Program-made: the position numbers and the translations under genes
Assembly (NCBI GenBank): GCA_963770895.1
Contig: CAVYRF010000002.1
Span: forward strand, 2,528,001 to 2,592,000
Direction of reading: 5' to 3'
Source: an uncultured Acidobacteriota bacterium
GTDB taxonomy: Bacteria; Acidobacteriota; Thermoanaerobaculia; Multivoradales; UBA5704
DNA length: 64,000 bases
Part shown: positions 12,837 through 26,110 of the stretch, one piece after another
Numbering within the stretch: position 1 is the stretch's first letter
Layout: each line of letters starts with the position of its first letter
The notes under the pieces: model-generated
What the model saw: only the letters and a program-made list of their open reading frames with translations
What the model was told of the DNA's origin: nothing
Database searches by the model: none

Positions 12837-14021
12837 ATGCCCTATCTGCGGCGGGTCTACCGCGTCCACCCCGACCATGAAGACGCCCTGGTCGCCGACC
12901 TCTGGCAGGCCGGCACCCTGGGCGTCGAAACCGACGCCGGAGCGCCGTTCGGCAGTGAAACCGCGGAGCAGGCCAGCCCGGCCACCGTCGATAGCCGCGC
13001 CGCCGCCGCGGACGCCGGCCGCGGTGACAGCGCTTGGGTGGGCCAGGTTGCCGCCGACAAAAGCGGGATGGACGCCGCCGAGGAGGGGCGCGACAAGGAC
13101 GCCGGGGCCGAGGGACGCGACAGAGTCGCCGGGGGCGGGAAGGGCGACCAGGCTCCCGGGTGGGTGCGGTTGACCGCTTATTTTGCCTTGCCTGTGGCCG
13201 GTTTGCCGCAGCCGATCTCGCCGTTGGTGGCCTCCGGGGCCGCGGTGTGCGAGCTGGAGGCTGTCCTGCAGGATACGGACTGGATGGCGGAGTATCGCCG
13301 CCGGTCGCAGCCCTTCCTGCTAGGCCGCAGCCTGGTCGTCGATCCCGGTGAGCCCGAAGAGGGCGCCGCCGCCGCGCCGGCCGCGCCGCTGGGGGAAGCG
13401 GGCGACGGCGGCGCGTCCGGGCGCCGGCTGCTGCGCCTGCCGGCGCGCACCGCGTTCGGCACCGGCAGCCACGAATCGACGTCGCTGGCGATCGATTTGC
13501 TGGAAGCGGAGGATCTGGCCGGCCGCACGGTGCTGGACGTGGGCACCGGCACCGGCATCCTCGCCTTTGCGGCGCTTGCCTGGGGCGCTGCCGGCGCCGT
13601 GGCGTTCGACGTCGATCCGGTCGCGGTCTTCCAGGCGCGCCTCAACAGCCGCCTCAACAGCCTCTTTCCGCTGCTGTTCACCGGCCGCGCCGCGGCCCTC
13701 AGGGCGGCCCTCCAAGGGCGGCGATTCGACGTGGCGGTGGTCAACGTGGTGCCTGAACAGGCACTGCCCGACCTGGCGGACATGGTGCCGGCGGTCGCCA
13801 GCTCCGGCGCGCTGATCCTTTCCGGCCTGCTGGCCGAGCGCGCCCCAGACGTGCTGGCGCATTGCGCCGCCCTGGGCCTGGGCGAAACCGCCCGCCGCCA
13901 GGCCGGCGATTGGGTGGCCCTGCGCCTGGCCCGCGGCGATCAAGCCCGGCCGTCGCCGCACCACCAGCAACAGGAAGTCCGCGGCCAGGCGCCGCCAGGC
14001 GGCGCACCGGCGAGCCGATGA
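12837..14021 (+). CDS. prmA: Ribosomal protein L11 methyltransferase
   Basis: AFGTGSHEST, VLDVGTGTGILA, LILSGLL; canonical position after dnaJ. Confidence 0.88.
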   Translation: MPYLRRVYRVHPDHEDALVADLWQAGTLGVETDAGAPFGSETAEQASPATVDSRAAAADAGRGDSAWVGQVAADKSGMDAAEEGRDKDAGAEGRDRVAGGGKGDQAPGWVRLTAYFALPVAGLPQPISPLVASGAAVCELEAVLQDTDWMAEYRRRSQPFLLGRSLVVDPGEPEEGAAAAPAAPLGEAGDGGASGRRLLRLPARTAFGTGSHESTSLAIDLLEAEDLAGRTVLDVGTGTGILAFAALAWGAAGAVAFDVDPVAVFQARLNSRLNSLFPLLFTGRAAALRAALQGRRFDVAVVNVVPEQALPDLADMVPAVASSGALILSGLLAERAPDVLAHCAALGLGETARRQAGDWVALRLARGDQARPSPHHQQQEVRGQAPPGGAPASR

Positions 14022-14872
14022 TCACCCTGCTGGTCGAGCCGCACCGCTTCGACGCCGGCGACGCCGGTGCGTCTGCCACCTCCGAGCTGGTGATCGAGGG
14101 CGACGTGTACCGCCACCTGTTTCGCGCCCGGCGGGTGGCGGTGGGTGAGCGCTTGCGGGTGGTGGACGGTGCGGGGCGGGCGCGCTGGGGGACGGTGGCG
14201 CGGGTGGGGCGCAGCGCGGCAATCGTCACCCTGGAAGGGCCGGCCGCGGACAACGAGCCGCGGCTGACGGTGGTGCTGCTGGTGGCGACGCCGCGGCCCG
14301 AGCGGGCTGCCTGGCTGGTGGAAAAAGCGACGGAGGTGGGGGTGGTGGCCATCCGGTTCCTGCAGACGGAGCGGGCGCCGCGCGATCTGGGCGAAGGTGC
14401 CGTGGCGCGGCTGCGGCGGGTGGTGGCGGCCGCTGTCGAGCAGTGCCACCGCTCGCGCTGCCCCGAGGTCACCGGACCGCACCCTTTTGCCGCGGTGCTC
14501 AGGGGCGGCGGCCTGGCGGACGGCGTGGGGCGGCGCTGGTGGCTCGATCCTGCCGCCGCGGCCTCGGCTGGTCAGGCCGGCGCCGACGGCGGCGCGGCGC
14601 CGCTGGACGACTCCAAGGACGGCGGGGGGCTGCTGGTCGGCCCGGATGGGGGCGCGCCGTTGCCGGCCGGCCCGGAGGGCGTTGCGGCGCTCCTGGTGGG
14701 GCCGGAGGGAGGGTGGGCGCCTGGCGAAAGTGCGGCGTTGCGGGCGGACGGATGGCACGGGGTGACGCTGGGGGAGCGCGTGCTGCGCATCGAGACCGCG
14801 GCGGTGGCGGGCGCCGCGCTGCTGCTCCTGACCCCGGTGCCGGCGATGGTCGCGGGGGCTGTGGCGCAGTAG
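14018..14872 (+). CDS. rsmE: 16S rRNA m3U1498 methyltransferase
   Basis: VEKATEVGV, AAVEQCHR, LLVGPEGGW, LGERVLRIETA. Confidence 0.92.
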   Translation: MITLLVEPHRFDAGDAGASATSELVIEGDVYRHLFRARRVAVGERLRVVDGAGRARWGTVARVGRSAAIVTLEGPAADNEPRLTVVLLVATPRPERAAWLVEKATEVGVVAIRFLQTERAPRDLGEGAVARLRRVVAAAVEQCHRSRCPEVTGPHPFAAVLRGGGLADGVGRRWWLDPAAAASAGQAGADGGAAPLDDSKDGGGLLVGPDGGAPLPAGPEGVAALLVGPEGGWAPGESAALRADGWHGVTLGERVLRIETAAVAGAALLLLTPVPAMVAGAVAQ

Positions 14873-14927
14873 ACACTTGCCGGGGTCACACGTTAGAGTC
14901 GACGAACCCGGATAAGGAGACCAACCA

Positions 14928-15971
14928 GTGGACGCCGCCAACTCGCAAAGCCCTTTCACCAACGTCCGCTGGATCTGGATGAACGGCCAGCTCATCGAGT
15001 TCGAGCGCGCCACCATCCATGTCATGACGCATGCGCTGCACTACGGCTCGGGAGTGTTCGAAGGCATCCGCTGCTACAGGACGCACACCGCGCCCGGCGG
15101 GTCGGCCATCTTTCGGCTGCCGGAGCATCTCAGCCGCCTGGAGTATTCGGCCAAGGTATACCGCATGGACGTCGGGTACTCGGCGGCGCAGCTGGACGAA
15201 GCCATCTGCGCGACGATCCGGGCCAACGGGTTTGAAGAGTGCTACATCCGGCCGCTGGTCTACCGCGGCTTCGGCACCATGGGGGTCAATCCGCTCAACT
15301 CGCCGGTCGAAGTGGTGATCGGCGTCTGGCCGTGGGGCAAGTACCTGGGCGAAGACGGCCTGACGTCGGGCGTGGACGTGTGCGTCTCGTCGTGGCGTCG
15401 CCCTTCCTCCAGCACGCTGCCGGCGATGGCCAAGGCGACGGGCAACTACCTCAACTCGGCGCTGATCAAGATGGAGGCGATCACCAACGGCTTCACCGAG
15501 GGGATCGCGCTGGACTCGGGCGGCTACGTCAGCGAAGGCTCCGGTGAAAACCTCTTCCTGGTGGATCACGGCGTGCTGCTGACGCCGCCGGTGTCGGCGT
15601 CGCTGCTGCCGGGCATCACGCGCGACGCCGTGATCACGCTCGCCACGGACATGGGCCTCCCGGTGCGCGAACAGGTCATCCCGCGCGGCCTGCTGTACAC
15701 CTGCCAGGAGCTGTTCCTGACCGGCACCGCGGCTGAAATCACGCCCATCCGCAGCGTCGATCGGATTCAGGTCGGCGCCGGCCGGCCGGGTCCGATCACC
15801 CGCCAGCTGGCCGCCGAATTCCTGGGGATCATCGGTGGCGACATCAAGGATCGCCATGGGTGGCTGTCGCCGGTCTATACCGAAGGCAAGCCGGACAAGC
15901 AGGCAAAAGCACAGGCCGAAGCGCCCGCGGAAGTCCTCGCCGGGGTCGGCGGTTCCGCTACCGGCGGCTAG
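14928..15971 (+). CDS. ilvE: Branched-chain amino acid aminotransferase
   Basis: HALHYGSGVFEGIRCY, AKATGNY (PLP Lys), EGSGENLF, LLPGITR, FLTGTAAE. Confidence 0.95.
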   Translation: MDAANSQSPFTNVRWIWMNGQLIEFERATIHVMTHALHYGSGVFEGIRCYRTHTAPGGSAIFRLPEHLSRLEYSAKVYRMDVGYSAAQLDEAICATIRANGFEECYIRPLVYRGFGTMGVNPLNSPVEVVIGVWPWGKYLGEDGLTSGVDVCVSSWRRPSSSTLPAMAKATGNYLNSALIKMEAITNGFTEGIALDSGGYVSEGSGENLFLVDHGVLLTPPVSASLLPGITRDAVITLATDMGLPVREQVIPRGLLYTCQELFLTGTAAEITPIRSVDRIQVGAGRPGPITRQLAAEFLGIIGGDIKDRHGWLSPVYTEGKPDKQAKAQAEAPAEVLAGVGGSATGG

Positions 15972-15998
15972 TACCCCGCTGCCCCGCGAAATACCCCG

Positions 15999-17171
15999 AT
16001 GAATATCAACGACCTGCTGAAAATCGCCGTCGAGCGCAAGGCTTCGGACCTTCACCTCAAGGTGGGGAGCCATCCGGTGCTGCGTGTGGACGGCGACCTG
16101 GCGCCGCTCGGCGAGCTCAAGCGCCTGATGCAAGAGGACACCATCGCCATGGCGTTCTCGATCATGAACGCGCGCCAGAAGCAGCGGTTCAAGGAAGAGT
16201 TCGAGCTGGACATCGCCTATTCGGTGCCCGGCCTGGGCCGCTTCCGCTGCAACGTCTTCCAGCAGCGCGGCGCGGTTGGCCTGGTCATGCGCGTCATCCC
16301 GGCGCGCATCCAGAGCGTGCGCGAACTGATGCTGCCGCCGGTGCTGGAAAGGATTTGCGAGGAGCGGCGCGGCCTGGTGCTGTGCACCGGCACCACCGGT
16401 TCCGGCAAGTCGACGACGCTGGCCGCGATGATCGACTACATCAACAACAGCCGCGGCGAGCACATCATGACCATCGAGGACCCGATCGAGTTCCTCCACC
16501 GCGACAAGAAATCGATCGTCAACCAGCGCGAAGTGGACGTGGACACGCGCGGCTTCTCGCCGGCGCTGCGCGCCGCCCTGCGCCAGGACCCCGATGTCCT
16601 GCTGGTGGGCGAAATGCGCGACTTCGAGACGATCGAAACGGCGCTGCTGGCGGCCGAAACCGGCCACCTGGTGTTTTCGACCCTGCACACGCTGGACGCC
16701 ACCGAAACCGTCAACCGCATCATCTCGGTGTTCCCGCCGCACCACCAGAAGCAGATCCGCATCCAGCTGTCGCAGGTGCTGCGCTCCATCGTCTCGCTGC
16801 GCCTGGTGCCGCGCGCCGACGGCATCGGCCGCGTGCCGGCGGCCGAAGTGCTGATCTCGACCGCCTATATCCGCGAGTGCATCGAAAACAAGGAAAAGAC
16901 CAAGTACATCCGCGAGCAGATCGCCCTGGGCACCAGCCAATACAACATGCAGACGTTCGACCAGTCGCTCTTCCAGCTTTACAAGAGCGGCCTGATCACG
17001 CTGGACGAAGCCCTCAAGCGCGCCACCAACCCGGACGAATTCAAGCTCAAGATCCAGGGTGTCCAGTTCACCGCCGACATCTCGCGCGAGCAGATGGAAG
17101 AGGCTCTCGCCATGCCGGGAGACGGCGACCTCCTGGGCGGCGCCGATGCGTTCGAGCTCGAACAGCACTGA
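15999..17171 (+). CDS. pilT: Type IV pilus retraction ATPase (PilT/PilU family)
   Basis: ASDLHL, GTTGSGKSTT, TIEDPIE, LRQDPDVLLVGEMRD, AETGHLVFSTLHT, MQTFDQSL. Confidence 0.9.
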   Translation: MNINDLLKIAVERKASDLHLKVGSHPVLRVDGDLAPLGELKRLMQEDTIAMAFSIMNARQKQRFKEEFELDIAYSVPGLGRFRCNVFQQRGAVGLVMRVIPARIQSVRELMLPPVLERICEERRGLVLCTGTTGSGKSTTLAAMIDYINNSRGEHIMTIEDPIEFLHRDKKSIVNQREVDVDTRGFSPALRAALRQDPDVLLVGEMRDFETIETALLAAETGHLVFSTLHTLDATETVNRIISVFPPHHQKQIRIQLSQVLRSIVSLRLVPRADGIGRVPAAEVLISTAYIRECIENKEKTKYIREQIALGTSQYNMQTFDQSLFQLYKSGLITLDEALKRATNPDEFKLKIQGVQFTADISREQMEEALAMPGDGDLLGGADAFELEQH

Positions 17172-17679
17172 TCCGCCGCGCCCTGCCGTCTCCTGCTACG
17201 ACCGGGCGTGCCAGCTGCTGGCCTTACGGCCCCACTTCCGCCGCGAGCTGGCGGTCAAGCTGGCGCGGCGCGGCTACCCTGCACCCGATATCGACGCCGC
17301 GCTCGATCGCCTGCAAGGCCAGGGCTACCTGGACGACGCGGCGACGTCCCAGGCGTGGGTCGCCTCGCGCCTGGCGCGCGGCGGCCTGGGGCAGAGCCGC
17401 CTGCGCGCCGAGCTGGCCAGGCGCGGCGCGGCGCCCGAGGCGGCCGCGGCGGCCCTGGCCGACCTGCCGCAGGACGACCTGGCGGCGGCGCGCGAAGCGG
17501 CCCGGCGCTGGCACGGCCGCACGCCGGATGCGCTGGCGCGGCACCTGGCGCGAAAGGGCTTCTCCCGCCGTGCTATCTTTGCCGTCCTGAAAGATCACCC
17601 CGTGGCGGCCGGGCTGTCCGACAAGGCGGCCGGCGCCTGGGACGACGACTCCGGCGACCCTGAAGACGGTTCCTCGTAG
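17146..17679 (+). CDS. recX: Regulatory protein RecX
   Basis: LLALRPHFRRELAVKLARRG...GYLDD...RLRAELARRG...HLARKGF; sits just before alaS; start codon uncertain. Confidence 0.8.
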   Translation: MRSSSNSTDPPRPAVSCYDRACQLLALRPHFRRELAVKLARRGYPAPDIDAALDRLQGQGYLDDAATSQAWVASRLARGGLGQSRLRAELARRGAAPEAAAAALADLPQDDLAAAREAARRWHGRTPDALARHLARKGFSRRAIFAVLKDHPVAAGLSDKAAGAWDDDSGDPEDGSS

Positions 17680-17757
17680 CCCGGCCGCACCGCGGCAGGC
17701 ATCCCGGAAATCGGCGGAAACCGGGGATCATGACCACCCCGACAGCGCGTGTGACCG

Positions 17758-20442
<2,685 letters not shown>

Positions 20443-20494
20443 CCGGCTCGCCGGGGCCGGCGTCACCTCGGTCCGGCACCCGGCCGGCGCCTGG

Positions 20495-22258
20495 CTAGAG
20501 GACGGTTTCCCGCAACACTTCTTCGATCGTCGTCACGCCGTCGCGGACCTTTTGCAGGCCGCTGCCGCGCAGCGTGATCATGCCGTTCTGGATCGCCTTG
20601 ACGCGCAGCTCGTAGGAGCTGGCGCCCGACAGGATCATCTCGCGCACCTCGTCGTCCACTTCCATCGCTTCGTACAGCGCGATGCGCCCCTTGTAGCCGG
20701 TGTTGCTGCACCGCTCGCAGCCGCGGCCGCGGAAGAGCTTCAGGTTGCGCGACTCGGCCTCGGCGAAGCCGGCTTCGATCAGGGCGTTGGGCGGCACCTC
20801 GGGCGCCGGTTCGCGGCAGAAGGAGCAGATGCGCCGCACCAGCCGCTGGGCGGCGATCATGTGCACCGAGGTGGCCACCAGGAACGGCTCGATGCCCATG
20901 TTCATCAAGCGGTTGATCGACGACGGGGCGTCGTTGGTGTGGAGCGTCGAAAGCACCAGGTGGCCGGTCATGGCGGCCTTGATCGCCACTTCGGCGGTTT
21001 CGAAGTCGCGGATCTCGCCGACCAGGATGATGTTGGGGTCCTGGCGCAGGAACGAGCGCAGCGAGGCGGCGAAGTTGAGGCCGATCTGCTCGCGCATCTG
21101 CACCTGGTTGATGCCCATCAGGTTGAACTCGACCGGGTCTTCGGCGGTGATGATGTTGACTTCGGGGGTGTTGATGCGTTGCAGCGCCGAATACAGGGTG
21201 TTGGTCTTGCCGGAGCCGGTGGGCCCGGTGACCAGCACCATGCCGTAGGGCTTGAGGATGGCGTTTTCGAAACGGCGCAGCGATTCGGCCTCGAAGCCGA
21301 GCTTCGCCATGTCGAGCATGAGCTTGTCTTTGTCGAGCAGCCGCATGACGATCTTTTCGCCGAACAGCGTCGGCAGGACCGACACGCGGTAGTCCAGGTC
21401 CTTGGCCTTGCCGCCGATCTTGGTCTTGATCTTGATGCGGCCGTCCTGCGGCAGGCGCTTTTCGGCGATGTCGAGGCGCGCCATGATCTTGACGCGGCTG
21501 GTGATCGCCTCCTTGAGCTTGAGCGGCGGGTGCATCATCTCGTAGAGGATGCCGTCGATGCGGTAGCGGACGCGGTATTCCTTTTCGTAGGGCTCGATGT
21601 GGATGTCGGAGGCGCCGCGCTTGATGGCATCGGTCAGCACGATGTTGACCAGCTTGACGACCGGCGCCTGCTCCGCCTCTTCTTCCAGGGCCGCCAGGTC
21701 GAAGTCGGAGTCTTCGGCGAGGACCTCCAGGTCGGTCGGCGTGCCGGCCTCTTCCGTCAGGTCCTCCATGACCTTCTTGAGCTCGATCGCGTGGGTCGAG
21801 CCGTAGTAGCGGTCGATGGCGGCGCGGAGGTCGGATTCGGCCGCCAGCACCGGCTCGACCTTGTAGCCGGTCATGAACTTGACGTCGTCCATGGCGAAGA
21901 CGTTGGTGGGGTCGAGCATCGCCACGGTGACGGTGGCGCCGGCCTTGCCGACCGGCACGATGATGTATTTGCGCGCCAGCTCCGGCGGGATGATCTTGAC
22001 CACCGCTTCGTCGATCTCGGTCGCCTGGAGGTCCACGGCCGGCACGCCGAAGTGCTGGCTCAACGCCTCCACCAGCTGCCGCTCGTTGAGGTGGCCCAGC
22101 TTGATGAGCGCCGCGCCCAGCCTGCCGCCCTGCTCCTTCTGATAGGCCAGCGCTTCCTGAAGCTGCTGCGTATCGATCCTGCCGGTGCGTATCAACAGTT
22201 CGCCGATCTTGTCCGGCGAAGAAGTCGGTTTGCGTGCGGCGAATTCCGGTGGTGCCAT
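20495..22258 (-). CDS. pilB: Type IV-A pilus assembly ATPase PilB
   Basis: MshEN-like N-terminus (KIGELL...RLGAALIKLG), ASDIHIEP, GPTGSGKTNTLY, LRQDPN, tetracysteine motif. Confidence 0.93.
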   Translation of the reverse strand: MAPPEFAARKPTSSPDKIGELLIRTGRIDTQQLQEALAYQKEQGGRLGAALIKLGHLNERQLVEALSQHFGVPAVDLQATEIDEAVVKIIPPELARKYIIVPVGKAGATVTVAMLDPTNVFAMDDVKFMTGYKVEPVLAAESDLRAAIDRYYGSTHAIELKKVMEDLTEEAGTPTDLEVLAEDSDFDLAALEEEAEQAPVVKLVNIVLTDAIKRGASDIHIEPYEKEYRVRYRIDGILYEMMHPPLKLKEAITSRVKIMARLDIAEKRLPQDGRIKIKTKIGGKAKDLDYRVSVLPTLFGEKIVMRLLDKDKLMLDMAKLGFEAESLRRFENAILKPYGMVLVTGPTGSGKTNTLYSALQRINTPEVNIITAEDPVEFNLMGINQVQMREQIGLNFAASLRSFLRQDPNIILVGEIRDFETAEVAIKAAMTGHLVLSTLHTNDAPSSINRLMNMGIEPFLVATSVHMIAAQRLVRRICSFCREPAPEVPPNALIEAGFAEAESRNLKLFRGRGCERCSNTGYKGRIALYEAMEVDDEVREMILSGASSYELRVKAIQNGMITLRGSGLQKVRDGVTTIEEVLRETVL

Positions 22259-22324
22259 GCGCTCTCCTGGTGGGGCGATACGGACCCCCTTGCCGGCCCG
22301 GGAGAGGCCGGCACTGCCCCGTAG

Positions 22325-23389
22325 CTAGACTGTAGCTGCCACGGAGTTTAGCAGCGCCGCAGCGTGCTCTGCCAGCCGCTCGGGCGGGATTTGCAGCAAG
22401 CAGGCCTTGGGCTCGGCAAAGCGCCGGTAGCAGAAGCTGCAGGGCAGCCGGTGCACCAGCGCCCGCTCGGGCGCGCCGTAGGGGCCGTGGCGCGCCGGAT
22501 CGGTCGGCCCCATCACCATCAGCACCGGAGTCCCCAGGGCGTGGGCGAGATGGATGGGGCCGGTATCGCCGCCCAGCGCCAGGGTGGCGCGGCGCAGCAG
22601 CGCCGCGAGCGACGGCAGGTCGGGCGCCGCCACGGCCTGGGCGGCGCCGGCGCTGGCCGCCACCACCGCCCCGGCCAGGTGCTCTTCACCGGGCCCGGCG
22701 GCGACGCGGGTGGGCACTCCCGTCGTATCCAGCAGGCGGCGCGCCGCGGCGCCCCACCAGGCGGCGGGATAGGCCTTGTTGCCCCAGCCGGCGCCGGGGT
22801 GGACCAGGGCGAAGGCGCCGTTGCCGGAGGGTACCTCGGCGGCACCTGCCGCCGTGGCGCCGCGCAGCAGGCGGTCGCCGCCGAAGTCGGCCGGCTCGCG
22901 CGGCAGGCCCAATGCGTCGAGCAACGACAGGGTGCGGTCCACGGCGTGGGTGCCGTGCGCCGCCACCGTCTCGGAGAGCCACAGCGCGCTCGACGGCTCG
23001 CGGCGGCTGGCGCGGGCGTGGCCGATGCGGCGGCCGCACAGCGACAGCAGGGCGAGGACGGCGGCTTTGTGGTTGCCCATCAGGTCGAGCACCACCTGCG
23101 GCGCAAAGCGATCCAGGTCGGCAAGCAGCTCCGCCGCCTGGGCGAGCGTCCGGCCCGCCAGGGGCCGCCGCCCCCAGCGGCGCAGCCGCACCACGAGCAG
23201 CTGGTCGAGGTCGGGATGGCCGGCGAGCAGCGGCGCAAAGGCTTCCTCCACCACCCAGCCGAGCACCGCCTGCGGCAGGTGGCGGCGCAGGGCGGTGAGC
23301 ACCGGCAGCGCGTGCACCACGTCGCCCAGGCTGCTGGTGCGCACCAGCAGGATGCGCGGGCGCGGTGGCAGCGGCTCGCCGCGGTTCAC
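22325..23389 (-). CDS. LPS heptosyltransferase (GT9, WaaC/WaaF-like)
   Basis: [43 protein letters not shown]; GTG start overlaps the upstream stop. Confidence 0.88.
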   Translation of the reverse strand: MNRGEPLPPRPRILLVRTSSLGDVVHALPVLTALRRHLPQAVLGWVVEEAFAPLLAGHPDLDQLLVVRLRRWGRRPLAGRTLAQAAELLADLDRFAPQVVLDLMGNHKAAVLALLSLCGRRIGHARASRREPSSALWLSETVAAHGTHAVDRTLSLLDALGLPREPADFGGDRLLRGATAAGAAEVPSGNGAFALVHPGAGWGNKAYPAAWWGAAARRLLDTTGVPTRVAAGPGEEHLAGAVVAASAGAAQAVAAPDLPSLAALLRRATLALGGDTGPIHLAHALGTPVLMVMGPTDPARHGPYGAPERALVHRLPCSFCYRRFAEPKACLLQIPPERLAEHAAALLNSVAATV

Positions 23390-23925
23390 GGCTTGCCGGC
23401 CGCCGGCGCCGACGCCGACGACGCCGGCGGCGTGGCGGTGGCGGGGGTGCCGGCGAGCTGCTGGACGCGGGTGATGAGGTCGCTGGTGGCATGGTCCTTG
23501 GGGTCGCCGACCAGCGCCGTGCGGCCGCCGTAGGCGCGCACCACGTCGTACTCGGGCACGCGCTCCGGCACGCCGTAGTCGGTGCCCTTGCAGTGCACGT
23601 CGGGGCGCAGGCTGGCCAGCAGAGCGGCGGGGGAGTCCTGGTCGAAGACCACCACGAAGTCGACCGGCGCCAGCGCCGCCAGCAGCTCGGCGCGCTCGCC
23701 GGCGGGCACCAGCGGCCTGCCGCGGCCCTTCAGGCGGGCCACCGAGGCGTCGCCGTTGATCGCCACCACCAGCGCATCCGCCTGCGCGCGGGCCGCCTGC
23801 AGGTAGCGCAGGTGACCGACGTGCAGCAGGTCGAAGTGGCCATTGGCGAAGGCGATCCGGCGGCCCGCCAGGCGCAGCTCCGCCAGCCGCGCCGCAAGGT
23901 CCTGCTCGCTCAGGACGACGCCCAT
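23386..23925 (-). CDS. rfaE2: D-glycero-beta-D-manno-heptose 1-phosphate adenylyltransferase (HldE domain II)
   Basis: [31 protein letters not shown]. Confidence 0.9.
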   Translation of the reverse strand: MGVVLSEQDLAARLAELRLAGRRIAFANGHFDLLHVGHLRYLQAARAQADALVVAINGDASVARLKGRGRPLVPAGERAELLAALAPVDFVVVFDQDSPAALLASLRPDVHCKGTDYGVPERVPEYDVVRAYGGRTALVGDPKDHATSDLITRVQQLAGTPATATPPASSASAPAAGKP

Positions 23926-24965
23926 CGCAGCTCCTCCAGCGGCCGGGGGTCGGCACGGATCACCCGCCGCAGCTCGTCCGGGCCCAGGGTGGCGGTGCGC
24001 GCCTTCATCACCACCACGCCGCCGGCATAGTTGGCCAGGATCGCTGCCTCCAGCGGCGTGGCGCCGGCTGCCAGGGCCAGCGCGCAGGCGCCGATCACGG
24101 TGTCGCCGGCGCCGGTGACGTCGGCCACCTGGTCGCCGCCGGAAACCGGCAGGTGGGCGGCGCCGCCGCCTGTCCGGAACAGGCTCATGCCGCGGCTGCC
24201 GCGGGTCACCAGCAGGAATCCGACCCCCAGGCGGTCCAGTCCCAGGCGGCCGGCGCGCTCGACCGAGCCCGGATCGTCGTCGTGGATGCGCTGGCCGAGC
24301 AGCGCTTCGGCCTCTTCCTGGTTGGGGGTGGCGCCGTCGAGGCCGGCGAAGGCGGCCAGCCGGTAACGGCTGTCGCCCACCAGCGGCGCCCCCGGCGCCA
24401 GCGCCTCCTTGAGGGGCGCCACCAGCGCCGGATCCACCGTGCCGTAGCCGTAGTCGGAGACGATGCCGGCGCGCGCCAGGCCGCGCCAGCCGGCGAGCGC
24501 CGCGGCGAAGCGCTGCCGCTCGGCCGCCGCCAGCGCCAGCGAGTCTTCGATGTCGTAGCGCACGATCTGCTGCTTGACCTGGCTGGGGCCGCCGCCCAGG
24601 ATGCGCACCTTGGTGGGGGTGCGGAAGCCCCGCCGCACCGCCACGCCGTCGGTCGCCACGCCGAGCGCCGCCAGCCGCTCGCACAGCCGTTCGCCGTTGG
24701 CGTCGTCGCCCACCACGCCCAGCGGCAGCGGCGTGCCGCCGAGCGCCGCCACGTTGGCCACCGCGTTGGCGCCGCCGCCGGGGAGCAGCAGCTCTTCCTG
24801 GAAGCGCAGGATCAGCACCGGCGCTTCGCGGCTGATCCTTTTGGGCTCGCCGGTGACGAACACGTCCGCCACCATGTCCACCAGCATCAGGATCCGCTGG
24901 CCCGCCATCCCATCCACCAGCGCCAGCAGCCGCTCAGTCGTCGGAACTATTTCTCTATCAGTCAT
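23910..24965 (-). CDS. rfaE1: D-glycero-beta-D-manno-heptose 7-phosphate kinase (HldE domain I, PfkB family)
   Basis: [39 protein letters not shown]. Confidence 0.88.
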   Translation of the reverse strand: MTDREIVPTTERLLALVDGMAGQRILMLVDMVADVFVTGEPKRISREAPVLILRFQEELLLPGGGANAVANVAALGGTPLPLGVVGDDANGERLCERLAALGVATDGVAVRRGFRTPTKVRILGGGPSQVKQQIVRYDIEDSLALAAAERQRFAAALAGWRGLARAGIVSDYGYGTVDPALVAPLKEALAPGAPLVGDSRYRLAAFAGLDGATPNQEEAEALLGQRIHDDDPGSVERAGRLGLDRLGVGFLLVTRGSRGMSLFRTGGGAAHLPVSGGDQVADVTGAGDTVIGACALALAAGATPLEAAILANYAGGVVVMKARTATLGPDELRRVIRADPRPLEELRWASS

Positions 24966-25016
24966 TTGCGCAGCCGGATTGTAGCAGGAGGGGGAGCGGC
25001 TGGTAAGCTAACCGGC

Positions 25017-25514
25017 ATGGGTGAACCGATGCCGGCGTCAGCTGCGGGCGGGCTTGCGAGCGGGGCCGCGCTGACCACCACGCACCAGGGGATCTTCGCC
25101 TGGGCGCGAGCCGCCGGGATGCGGCCGGTGCGGCTCGGCCTGGCCTGCTGCGCGGTCGAAATGACGGCGGCGGTCGGGCTCGGCGACGCGGACGGGAGCG
25201 CGGCGGCGGCGCCGCCGCCGGTCACCGCGCCGGCGGCGAGCGACGTGCTGATCGTCGCCGGGACGGTGAGCGAAAAGCTGGTGCCGTGGCTGCGCGACCT
25301 GTGGGAGCAGATGCCGGCGCCCAAGTGGGCGGTGGCGGTGGGGGCCTGCGCCAGCTGCGGCGGGCCGTTTGCCACCTACGCCGTCACCCAGGGGATCGAC
25401 CGCGTGCTGCCAGTTTCCGTCTACGTGCCGGGCTGTCCGCCGGCGCCCGAGGCGCTGCTGCTCGGTCTCATGCACCTGGCCAAGAAGATCGAGCGCGAAC
25501 GGAGGCGGCGCTGA
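25017..25514 (+). CDS. nuoB: NuoB-like Fe-S subunit (divergent)
   Basis: LACCAVEM, VAGTV, MPAPKWAVAVGACASCGG, YVPGCPP. Confidence 0.82.
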   Translation: MGEPMPASAAGGLASGAALTTTHQGIFAWARAAGMRPVRLGLACCAVEMTAAVGLGDADGSAAAAPPPVTAPAASDVLIVAGTVSEKLVPWLRDLWEQMPAPKWAVAVGACASCGGPFATYAVTQGIDRVLPVSVYVPGCPPAPEALLLGLMHLAKKIERERRRR

Positions 25515-26110
25515 GCGTCGATCCGCTGTTGGGCGAGCTGCGCCAGGAGCTCGGCGACGCCATCGTCGCGACGTCGGAAGGCGCCGCGCCCGGCGCCGCC
25601 AACTCTGCAAGCGCCGCGGCCGGCGCCGCCAACTCCGAAGGCGCCGTGAGCGCTGGCAGGCATCCGTCGTCGCTGCTCACCATCGAGGTGCGGTGCGCGG
25701 AGCTGGGACGGGTCGCGGGGCTGCTCTACGGGCGCTTTCGCTTCACCTTCCTGGCGGACCTGTGCGCCGCCGACGATCCCGGTCTGCCGCAGCGCTTCCA
25801 GGTGGTGTATCACCTGTATAGCTTTCGCGAGAACCGCCGCCTGCGCTTGCGGGTGCGCGCCGCCCAGGGCGAACCGGTGCCGAGCGTCCGCGGCGTGTGG
25901 CGCGCCGCGGATTGGCCCGAGCGCGAAGCCCACGAGATGCTGGGGGTGACCTTCGGCGGCCACCCCGACCTGGCGCCGCTGCTGCTGTGGGAGGGCTTCG
26001 CCGGCCATCCGCTGCGCAAGGACTTCCCGCTGGCGGGCCTGGCGACCGGCGCCGCGCCGGCGCTGGCGCCGGAACTGCCCCAGCCCCCGGCGGACGGTGG
26101 CCCCGCTTGA
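25511..26110 (+). CDS. nuoC: NuoC-like subunit
   Basis: RFQVVYHLYS, VPSV, AADWPEREAHEMLGVTFGGHPDL, GHPLRKDFPL; probable CTG start after GGAGG. Confidence 0.82.
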   Translation: MSVDPLLGELRQELGDAIVATSEGAAPGAANSASAAAGAANSEGAVSAGRHPSSLLTIEVRCAELGRVAGLLYGRFRFTFLADLCAADDPGLPQRFQVVYHLYSFRENRRLRLRVRAAQGEPVPSVRGVWRAADWPEREAHEMLGVTFGGHPDLAPLLLWEGFAGHPLRKDFPLAGLATGAAPALAPELPQPPADGGPA